Shown here in pieces: positions 26,710 through 33,312 of a stretch of 43,401 bases of DNA. The position numbers and the translations under genes were made by a program. The DNA comes from a virus. Taxonomy: Duplodnaviria; Caudoviricetes. The stretch is taken from IMG/VR virus record IMGVR_UViG_3300025372_000018, positions 1 through 43,401 of that record; one strand, given 5' to 3'. Positions within the stretch are counted from its first letter, which is position 1, and each line of letters opens with the position of its first letter. The notes beneath the pieces are model-generated. The model was not told where the DNA came from, made no database searches, and was given only the letters and a program-made list of their open reading frames with translations.

Positions 26710-27045
26710 CCATAGATAGCCCAAGGGTGATAAGCATCACACCTGACCCATTGTTGATAAAACAACCAGTCCTACACTGAGTTAATGTTCAATCGATGGA
26801 AAGTTTGTCTCACCGCTGGCCTTTCCGTCTTGTGTAGTCCCCATTTAAGGCTACGAGGCATAAACGGGGTGAATCGTCAGCCTATGTTCTCTTCCACGCA
26901 ACCCATGTAGGTTCTTACTAACGGATGGAGTCCGTCAATAGATAGCCGACAACAAAAGATAACGACCCATACCTTACGGCATATGTTGTTTACTTAAATT
27001 GTCTAGTGGAGATTGATTCAGCTTCACTATCGGCTAGCAGTTGAG
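26710..27045 (-). ncRNA. Candidate ~335-nt structured RNA / long leader
   Basis: No ORF in track; multiple stems whose G-U pairs only form on the minus strand; own promoter. Confidence 0.55.
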
Positions 27046-27050
27046 TCTGT

Positions 27051-27079
27051 AGGTTACTACGGCTAAAAATATTTTGCAA
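27051..27079 (-). promoter_or_regulatory. Sigma70-like promoter
   Basis: TTGCAA-17 nt-TAACCT; predicted start near 27044 at TCAACTGCTAG. Confidence 0.55.
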
Positions 27080-27083
27080 GCAC

Positions 27084-27118
27084 AAAAGAAAAGACCCCCA
27101 GGATTAGCTGGAGGTCTT
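27084..27118 (-). terminator. Rho-independent terminator of the sRNA
   Basis: AAGACCTCCAG-CTAATC-CTGGGGGTCTT then TTCTTTT; internal U-G pair is only possible on the minus strand. Confidence 0.85.
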
Positions 27119-27225
27119 GGTGTGATCGAGGGCGATCAACGGAGGGCTTGCCATTATTAGAGCACTCATCAACTGCTAGGCCAATAGGGACTAGAAATGG
27201 CAATGTCTATGGGGTAGACAGCACT
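27084..27225 (-). ncRNA. Candidate trans-acting antisense sRNA (~140 nt, four hairpins)
   Basis: Promoter and terminator flank UGUCUA/UAGACA, UUGCCAUU/AAUGGCAA and UGAUCG/CGAUCA stems; carries CCUAGCAGUU, the antisense of the RBS box. Confidence 0.7.
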
Positions 27226-27229
27226 AAGT

Positions 27230-27262
27230 ATAGTATAGATTGACCTAAAAATGTCAATAGGT
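27230..27262 (-). promoter_or_regulatory. Sigma70-like promoter of the sRNA
   Basis: TTGACA (27252-27257)-16 nt-TACTAT; ACCTATTGACAT shared with the 32.9-kb promoter. Confidence 0.6.
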
Positions 27263-27266
27263 TGAT

Positions 27267-27560
27267 TTATTTTGTATCAATTAGGTGGTTTTCAAACAAC
27301 CAACCTATTGTTTTGCGGTGAGCTTCCTCCCACATCTCAATCCTTTGGGATTTTGAGAGTTTCGTGCCTTGGTCGAGTTCCGAGTGGCATGAATAACAGA
27401 GGGCAGCGCACCTATAGTCATGTGCCTTAATTCCCCTACCTTTACCGTCTCGAAGCTGATTGGAATGTGCAGCCACAACTGTGCCGTCAGATCGACCACA
27501 CGCTTGGCATGGGGATTGCCGTAGTAAATCAAGGAGTTTCCTATTTCTATAAATCGTCAT
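27267..27560 (-). CDS. Zn-binding His-Me finger nuclease-like protein (DUF968/DUF1364-like)
   Basis: PCQACG...VVAAHSN...GRGIKAHD...ALCYSCH..LD. Confidence 0.7.
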   Translation of the reverse strand: MTIYRNRKLLDLLRQSPCQACGRSDGTVVAAHSNQLRDGKGRGIKAHDYRCAALCYSCHSELDQGTKLSKSQRIEMWEEAHRKTIGWLFENHLIDTK

Positions 27561-27750
27561 CTTCCCTTATGGGATTTTTGGAGATGTTATGGTTCAAAAG
27601 CGCAGCGTAAGCGTTGTAATAGGCTTCTTTTTCCTGACGGAGCTGGTTAATAATGTAATTAAGTCTGTCTATTTCCATCTGCTGGATATGAAGTTGTTTA
27701 CGCAAATAGTCATCGGCCTCTTCCCGATCATCGGTAGTAAAAGTAGTCAT
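27547..27750 (-). CDS. Hypothetical protein (MTTFTTDDR)
   Basis: 67 aa coiled coil; ATGA overlap. Confidence 0.6.
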   Translation of the reverse strand: MTTFTTDDREEADDYLRKQLHIQQMEIDRLNYIINQLRQEKEAYYNAYAALLNHNISKNPIREDDDL

Positions 27751-28316
27751 TTCTCTTGTGCCTTTCTTAGTATTGCTCTAGCAAAGTCTTTAATATCGCC
27801 TTTATAGCTAAACCAAACAGCATCTATTTCCTCATCTGTTAGTGTCTTTGCTGTTGCCGCCTTGTAGCCTTTCTCAAACCCAATGGATTCCGCAATCCCT
27901 AAATCATGCTCTGCTGGATGGGTGTAGAGTGGTACAGATTTAGCATCACCACCTTTAAGACGGCACAGTTCATCTGCTTCTTCTTTATAAAGAAATACAT
28001 CATGCGGGTTTCCTTCCCATACTGCCCACGCTACTGGTTCAGGACTTGGTAAATCAATCTCAATAGTTTCTAACTTATCTGGGTCTATTTCATAACTTGG
28101 TTCAGGGGTGTTGGTAATAGGGTGTGCCATTGAGTTTAAAGATATTCCATCTTGTTGCTCTAGCTTGGTTGCTATCAAATATCGCAAGTCGGTATTCTCT
28201 TTCTCCAACTCTTCTATTTCAGCTTGTTGCTGGCAAAGCATAATGGCTATTTCTTTAAACCATGAACAGTTGCCACCATTTTTTAATAAATTATCAGCTA
28301 GTTCATTTGCGTTCAT
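27747..28316 (-). CDS. Modular hypothetical protein (MNANELA...EPVAW...PLYTHP...LTDEEI...FARAIL)
   Basis: Motifs typical of variable phage accessory proteins. Confidence 0.7.
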   Translation of the reverse strand: MNANELADNLLKNGGNCSWFKEIAIMLCQQQAEIEELEKENTDLRYLIATKLEQQDGISLNSMAHPITNTPEPSYEIDPDKLETIEIDLPSPEPVAWAVWEGNPHDVFLYKEEADELCRLKGGDAKSVPLYTHPAEHDLGIAESIGFEKGYKAATAKTLTDEEIDAVWFSYKGDIKDFARAILRKAQEK

Positions 28317-28516
28317 TTCTCTTGTGCCTTTTTATGTTTAGATAAAGCATCTACCAAAACAATGCCTATTTCATTGTCCCAAACTGTATTTTGACCATCA
28401 CTCCAACCTTCTTGAACATAGATAACCTCTTGGTCATAGTTAATATCGTAAGTTACTTTTGACCTACTAACACGCTTTTGAGTACATAAATCTTCAGCTA
28501 GTTCATTTGCGTTCAT
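28313..28516 (-). CDS. Hypothetical protein sharing both termini with its neighbour
   Basis: MNANELA...KAQEK. Confidence 0.65.
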   Translation of the reverse strand: MNANELAEDLCTQKRVSRSKVTYDINYDQEVIYVQEGWSDGQNTVWDNEIGIVLVDALSKHKKAQEK

Positions 28517-28689
28517 TTTTTATCCTTTGAAGAAAACTTTTGATGGCTAATTTTCTTTAAACAATTGGCACACTTCCAGCGTTTGATGCTTTTATGAGCA
28601 GTCTGTATGACCTGACCAGTGTCTGCTGGCTGATAGGAAATACATGACGAGCAGTATCTGAGCTTACCGACAGATGGAATTTCAAGCAT
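28513..28689 (-). CDS. Small Zn-ribbon protein (58 aa)
   Basis: Not in track: ...RYCSSC...RWKCANC...; ATGA overlap. Confidence 0.65.
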   Translation of the reverse strand: MLEIPSVGKLRYCSSCISYQPADTGQVIQTAHKSIKRWKCANCLKKISHQKFSSKDKK

Positions 28690-28888
28690 CTTTTTTAGAT
28701 CTCCGTTTAATGGCTGGTAAACCTACAGTCTCCTTTGGTTCTAAGGCTTCTAGTAGGGCATCGGCATACTCGACAGATGCATTACTAATCATATCAAGGG
28801 GTGCAGCTCCACCATACGCCAGTAATCCGTTCATGGCAAACAGTGAAGCCAGTAACCTTGCGTGTTCTTTATCTTGTTCGTTCATCAA
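28682..28888 (-). CDS. Small conserved phage protein
   Basis: FAMNGLL...YADALLEAL. Confidence 0.65.
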   Translation of the reverse strand: MMNEQDKEHARLLASLFAMNGLLAYGGAAPLDMISNASVEYADALLEALEPKETVGLPAIKRRSKKDA

Positions 28889-29154
28889 TGCACCTGTTTA
28901 ACCAGTTTCTTTAATCGGCTTTTAGCGTTCCTGAAGGATCGTGTAAAGGCATATACGGCTTTCTCTTCTTCCATACCCATTTCTACGGCAATGGTAGATA
29001 GCACCATAGATACTGCTCCCAAAATAACAGTAGCCTCTACATCTGCTTTAGGAGCTAATAAGTGAAATATCTCTAATGCTATTTCACGAGATGGATCTTT
29101 AATCTTTTCTTGCAATGCTGCTTCCATAAATTTTGGATCACCGATTTCAGCCAT
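28885..29154 (-). CDS. Hypothetical protein
   Basis: 89 aa, coupled. Confidence 0.6.
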   Translation of the reverse strand: MAEIGDPKFMEAALQEKIKDPSREIALEIFHLLAPKADVEATVILGAVSMVLSTIAVEMGMEEEKAVYAFTRSFRNAKSRLKKLVKQVH

Positions 29155-29512
29155 TTGTATTTCCTTGTTTAATTATTGTTGTGGATCCAAAGAACCTACG
29201 TTCTAGCAGATCTTTATCTTCATCACCACTGCGTTCCATTACTAAAGTCTTGGCAAAGTCTCTAAATAACTTCACATCTTTGTATTTATCTTGGAAAGTG
29301 CCACGCTGACCATGTTCGTAACTTAATGGATCAAAAGCATGAAGAACGATGTCTTGATCCCAATACTTATAGCGTTTACGCAAATAGTTCATAGTTAATC
29401 GAACATCTTCTACTTTTGCCATCGTGGGATCTAGCGTTAGCATAAGAAACAGCAAACGCAAAATGATCCAGTCTTGTTTTTTAACCTTATGTAAACCGCC
29501 ATATTCAATCAT
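29147..29512 (-). CDS. Hypothetical protein
   Basis: 121 aa, coupled. Confidence 0.6.
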   Translation of the reverse strand: MIEYGGLHKVKKQDWIILRLLFLMLTLDPTMAKVEDVRLTMNYLRKRYKYWDQDIVLHAFDPLSYEHGQRGTFQDKYKDVKLFRDFAKTLVMERSGDEDKDLLERRFFGSTTIIKQGNTNG

Positions 29513-29787
29513 CGCTTTAGCTCCTCTATGCGTTCTGACAGAACCACGCCCAAGTCTTTACCTTTAATGGCAATCATTTGGGCTTCTTCGCAGTCATAAA
29601 TTACTTTGGCTGCATCTTGGATTCCTACGTTGTAGCCAGTCGTAAATGCATCTGTGCCATCAACCAACATACCGATGGCGTTACGAATCAGAACAGATGC
29701 CTTACGCTGTTTTGCCAGTTCCTTTAGCTTGTTGTGATGCTCCAAAGGGAGGTATACCGAGTAGGGTATTAGTTTTTTTGTGTCCAT
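29509..29787 (-). CDS. Ribbon-helix-helix-like DNA-binding protein
   Basis: YSVYLPLEHHNKLKELAKQRKASVLIRNAI. Confidence 0.55.
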   Translation of the reverse strand: MDTKKLIPYSVYLPLEHHNKLKELAKQRKASVLIRNAIGMLVDGTDAFTTGYNVGIQDAAKVIYDCEEAQMIAIKGKDLGVVLSERIEELKR

Positions 29788-30191
29788 TCCGTATATTTTC
29801 TGTGTAATTTGTCTAAGAGTATTTGAGCTGAACGATTAGTTTTGAGGTCGGATCTGGATGGGACATTGAGATAATTACGAACCCATTCAGTAGCCTCTTC
29901 CATATCTTCATCAAAGATCTGCTCTTCGGCATACAAATACTTCCAAAATTTAGGATCTCGGCAGAGTAAACCAGCGATACGAATAGCTCTATCGCCAGCA
30001 AACTCTTCTGCTTTATCCATCGGTTGCTCATCTCCGTTAACTCTGACTAAGACACATTGATATCTCGCCCCAACGTAATCCCTGAGTAAATCTTCAGGAA
30101 TCTCATCAGGATGCAGTGACAATGTAAGCACATAGCCAGTCTTATCTTGTTTGAGAGCGACTTTAACGGCTTCGAATTGTAAGGTATTCAA
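29769..30191 (-). CDS. Conserved phage protein
   Basis: Probable TTG start LNTLQFEAVK after GGAGG; AGLLCRDPKFW...VPSRSDL. Confidence 0.6.
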   Translation of the reverse strand: MNTLQFEAVKVALKQDKTGYVLTLSLHPDEIPEDLLRDYVGARYQCVLVRVNGDEQPMDKAEEFAGDRAIRIAGLLCRDPKFWKYLYAEEQIFDEDMEEATEWVRNYLNVPSRSDLKTNRSAQILLDKLHRKYTEWTQKN

Positions 30192-30537
30192 CTCTGCCCT
30201 CCAAGTATTTAACAAGCTTCTTCCAGTCTTCAATGGTTTCCCAACGCTGAACGCAAATACGAGCCAGCTCTTCGTTTTCCTGACGGAGCACATTGAGTTC
30301 TACTTCTTGCTTTTGGGCTACTTCTTCCCAATGCACTGGTGCTCTTTCAGAAATCAAGCGTTGAATATTGGCTTCATGTGCAGCTTCTGCTTCCATTTGA
30401 TCAAAAGATACTGGAGCTGGTTTTTTAATGTGCTCCATCATCTCTATAAGTTCTTTTGCTTTGGCTGCTTTAGATGGGCGACCACGTTTCTTTTTCGTAG
30501 GAATCTCTAGATTGATTGTGTAATTAGGGTTTTGCAT
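30163..30537 (-). CDS. Hypothetical protein with AT-hook-like KRGRP and coiled coil
   Basis: Start MQNPNY after AAGGA. Confidence 0.55.
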   Translation of the reverse strand: MQNPNYTINLEIPTKKKRGRPSKAAKAKELIEMMEHIKKPAPVSFDQMEAEAAHEANIQRLISERAPVHWEEVAQKQEVELNVLRQENEELARICVQRWETIEDWKKLVKYLEGRVEYLTIRSR

Positions 30538-30547
30538 TTTCTTATCC

Positions 30548-30799
30548 TTAGTACGGGAGTTCTTCTTCAGGTTTGACATAGGGTTCCGCTGCGGTTAGTG
30601 AGGTGTAATTCATGCCAGACTTGGAGGTATTGTTCCAACCTGACAGGGCAATCTTGACCATTGATCCTTTGGATTTATCCATCTGCTCAATGAGAAAAGT
30701 CTTATCCAAGAAGATATCTCCACGCACATCAGGATGATTGGGAGTCTTCTTTTGATTGGGGAATAACGCCCCAGTGTTTGGTTTTTGTTCGTAAGCCAT
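30548..30799 (-). CDS. Small ssDNA-binding-like protein (DUF736-like)
   Basis: GALFPNQKK..NHPDVRG...LSGW; acidic EEELPY tail; adjacent to ERF. Confidence 0.6.
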   Translation of the reverse strand: MAYEQKPNTGALFPNQKKTPNHPDVRGDIFLDKTFLIEQMDKSKGSMVKIALSGWNNTSKSGMNYTSLTAAEPYVKPEEELPY

Positions 30800-30802
30800 G
30801 TA

Positions 30803-31483
30803 TTACTCCTTTGCAAATTTGTTTTTGGTTTCAGTAAACTTGCCCATCATCTCTTTGAAGAAATCAGGGTTCATTAGTTTGACGGTATCAAAGAGGGCTT
30901 TGTTCTTCTTAAATATCGTCATAACATCGGCATCGCTAGAACATAGGTCTAGCAACATATGGGAGGAAGTCTTGACCAGCTCAAGCCATTCAGTGGTATC
31001 GCCTTCAGGTGGACCATCAATAACAATCTGAAACTCACCCTTTTGACCTTCAATCCTTTTGACTGGCTTGGGTTCAGGCTTTGGTTCTATTTTCTTTACT
31101 GGCTCAACCGCACCAGTGGTCGCATCTAAGGCATCGTGCTCCACAATAGCCATAGCAGTGGTGTAAAGATACCTACGTTGATAGGTCTCTACTGCACCAA
31201 TGTTTTGGACTTCATGGCAACCTTTGAGGGCTGCTGAACCCATTGGAGATGTGAAAGTAACCCAGCTACCACCATCCATATCGTAAAGGGTCATCGTAGC
31301 TAACTCTGCATCAAAAGAAATGATATCAACCAAGCCGACTTCTTTGAAGATCTTCTGAACTTCAGGCAGAAAATCACCCAGTTCAAAGTATTTATATCCT
31401 GCGAACTTGTTATGTCCTGATTTCGTGAGTTGTTTGGTCTGCAAGATGTTCCTTGCTTCTATTAGTTTTTTATAAACGCTCAT
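30803..31483 (-). CDS. erf: ERF-family ssDNA-annealing recombinase
   Basis: KSGHNKFAGYKYFELGDF and QNIGAVETYQRRYLY. Confidence 0.85.
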   Translation of the reverse strand: MSVYKKLIEARNILQTKQLTKSGHNKFAGYKYFELGDFLPEVQKIFKEVGLVDIISFDAELATMTLYDMDGGSWVTFTSPMGSAALKGCHEVQNIGAVETYQRRYLYTTAMAIVEHDALDATTGAVEPVKKIEPKPEPKPVKRIEGQKGEFQIVIDGPPEGDTTEWLELVKTSSHMLLDLCSSDADVMTIFKKNKALFDTVKLMNPDFFKEMMGKFTETKNKFAKE

Positions 31484-31492
31484 GTTAGTTCC

Positions 31493-31642
31493 TTAAAAAC
31501 AAGTAGTGTTGCAATTGCCGTAGTTATCGCAACAAGTGGTACAAACGACCATTTTGTTGCCATACATGACAGTTTGAGTAGTACAGGCTGCATAGGTAAA
31601 TGCCGATGCAGAGATAAGCCAAATGGCTATTAGGTATTTCAT
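31493..31642 (-). CDS. Secreted six-cysteine mini-protein (49 aa)
   Basis: Not in track: MKYLIAIWLISASAFTYAACTTQTVMYGNKMVVCTTCCDNYGNCNTTCF; AAGGA SD; ATGA overlap. Confidence 0.75.
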   Translation of the reverse strand: MKYLIAIWLISASAFTYAACTTQTVMYGNKMVVCTTCCDNYGNCNTTCF

Positions 31643-32514
31643 GCTTGTTCCTTTAAATAAGTTTGATACTGGTTACACCATGTAGACACTGGGCAATAGC
31701 TTGCACAGCGAGTTCTTTCCCCTTTACGCTCTACGACTTCGTACTTATCACCCAGTTCTGTATAGGCTGCAATAGCTTGTTCAGCCGTTTCATACAAGGA
31801 ATGAGCACGTTTACCGCCAATCTTCATTACCGCCCATACTGCTGGCTTTTCCCACATTTCTTCGGGGGTACAATCAGGTAAGTCTCCATCGGTTTCTAAG
31901 GCGAACTCACACGCTGAATGTGCAGAGATACGGGCTTTGATGAACTCTTCACGCTCTGCCATAGTCCATAAAGTGATTGGTACTTCTTTGACTGGGGCTT
32001 CGGGATAGCCCTCTTTGGTTCCTACTTCTCTAGACTTCCAATCACGCAAAATAGCCACGATGCCTAAGTCTGTGATAGGGGTTCGTTTGACCTTCTCAAC
32101 TAACCAAGCGTAACAATTGAGCTGATATTCCCACTCAATCTTCTCGTTCATCACAGCCCAAACACTGGTAGTCTTGTAGTCTTTGATAGACAAGCCACCA
32201 TCGTTAGTGATCTGTAAGTCGATAGCACCGCTTAGATTCCAGCCATCTATCTCGGCATGGATGCGTTCCTCCACAGTGTGATTAGCATCTTTGCCATGCT
32301 CTAGGATGTTATGAATGGCAGAACCAAATAGTGACCAAACCATCTCAGCCACATCTTGCTCAAGCTCATCATCAAACTTCTTAGTCAAGGCAACAATCTT
32401 AGGACTGTTGATTAACTGGGTTACGGATAGATTAGCCTTACCTTTGGAATAAGTAGGGCGTTTTAAGACATTGACAAATGTCTGTGGGATATTAAATTTG
32501 TTTGTTAGCTTCAT
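31639..32514 (-). CDS. PD-(D/E)XK exonuclease (RecB/Cas4-like)
   Basis: GSAIH, LSGAIDL, DYKTT, QLNCY, C-terminal RCASYCPV..C cysteine cluster. Confidence 0.85.
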   Translation of the reverse strand: MKLTNKFNIPQTFVNVLKRPTYSKGKANLSVTQLINSPKIVALTKKFDDELEQDVAEMVWSLFGSAIHNILEHGKDANHTVEERIHAEIDGWNLSGAIDLQITNDGGLSIKDYKTTSVWAVMNEKIEWEYQLNCYAWLVEKVKRTPITDLGIVAILRDWKSREVGTKEGYPEAPVKEVPITLWTMAEREEFIKARISAHSACEFALETDGDLPDCTPEEMWEKPAVWAVMKIGGKRAHSLYETAEQAIAAYTELGDKYEVVERKGERTRCASYCPVSTWCNQYQTYLKEQA

Positions 32515-32653
32515 CTGCTGCCTCGTCTAACTTTAAGTTGAAAGCCTTGATCTGTTCCTCAGTCAAGGGTCGGATTCCCAGTTCTTTATCCATAGACCGA
32601 AAGACGGCTCTGAGAATTTCGCACTGCATGGGGGTAAATACATCATCTTCCAT
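32492..32653 (-). CDS. Small hypothetical protein
   Basis: Start MEDDVF after AGGA. Confidence 0.55.
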   Translation of the reverse strand: MEDDVFTPMQCEILRAVFRSMDKELGIRPLTEEQIKAFNLKLDEAADEANKQI

Positions 32654-32661
32654 AATGTTTC

Positions 32662-32883
32662 CTATCTGAAAAGAAAGCTGTAGAAGGCAAGTAGTAGTAA
32701 CCCAATTACGCTCAAGCGAATAACCCATGCTTCTATGCGTTTGGCTCTACGGTATTGCGGAGTGGATAAAAGTGCTTCTTGAAGAAACAACATATCTGGG
32801 TCATCAATTCGTGTTCTGTTACCATCTTCTTGATAACGAGAACCCATCTTGATACCAGTCTTTGTGGTATATGGTACGGTCAT
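32662..32883 (-). CDS. Small protein with C-terminal TM helix
   Basis: PYTTKTGIKMG...DMLFLQEALL; SD within box. Confidence 0.7.
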   Translation of the reverse strand: MTVPYTTKTGIKMGSRYQEDGNRTRIDDPDMLFLQEALLSTPQYRRAKRIEAWVIRLSVIGLLLLAFYSFLFR

Positions 32884-32890
32884 TTGATTG

Positions 32891-32946
32891 TCCTAGCAGT
32901 TAATCAGACTTTATTTTCACTGATATAATTAACCATGTCAATAGGT
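32891..32946 (-). promoter_or_regulatory. Promoter plus TGATTAACTGCTAGGA box
   Basis: TTGACA (32936-32941)-17 nt-GAAAAT (32913-32918); predicted start near 32906; 16-nt identity to the HH3 3' flank. Confidence 0.65.
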
Positions 32947-32970
32947 CGTACCAATTAAAATACATCTACT

Positions 32971-33312
32971 ATGAATACAGTAATTTTGCCCTGGCCTCCT
33001 AAAGAATTAAGCCCAAATTCCACATTACACTGGGCTAAGAAGGCTAAATTTAAGAAGGCTTATCGTCATACTTGCTGGGCGTTGACACTAGAAGCCAAGC
33101 TCACAGCTGACGGATTAGGGAAAATCCCTATTCTGATTACCTTTTATCCCCCAGATAAACGCCATCGGGATGCAGATAACATGGTTGCCAGCATCAAAGC
33201 TGGATTGGATGGCGTAGCAGATGCCCTAAAGATAAACGATAGGCAGTTTATGCCTACGTTTACCTTTTCAGATGAGGTTAAGGGAATGGTTAAAGTCCAG
33301 CTGACAGCCTGA
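32971..33312 (+). CDS. rusA: RusA-like Holliday junction resolvase
   Basis: LPWPP..LSPN, FYPPDKRHRDADNM...KAGLDGVADAL.IND. Confidence 0.8.
   Translation: MNTVILPWPPKELSPNSTLHWAKKAKFKKAYRHTCWALTLEAKLTADGLGKIPILITFYPPDKRHRDADNMVASIKAGLDGVADALKINDRQFMPTFTFSDEVKGMVKVQLTA

Larger units (their letters stand above)
27747..28518. repeat. Two direct-repeat pairs at gene boundaries
   Basis: 25 bp TCAGCTAGTTCATTTGCGTTCATTT at 28294 and 28494; 19 bp TCATTTCTCTTGTGCCTTT at 27747 and 28313. Confidence 0.85.

Noticed and set aside
26800-26890. CUGACGA on the minus strand as a hammerhead core
   Set aside because: The candidate stem II (UCACC/GGUGA) is followed by GACA rather than GAAA, and no convincing stem III-UH-stem I is present; kept only as part of the larger structured RNA
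27171-27216. Plus-strand box as RBS of a small gene
   Set aside because: Lacks the AG of the SD and precedes only MAMSMG-stop; promoter, terminator and G-U pairs all point to the minus strand
29203-29209. CTAGCAG partial box match (also CTGCTAG near 42184)
   Set aside because: Only 7-nt matches inside coding sequence, not near a start codon; expected by chance
31639-32514. Cas4-like nuclease as evidence of CRISPR-Cas
   Set aside because: No array or other cas genes; its context next to ERF indicates a recombination exonuclease
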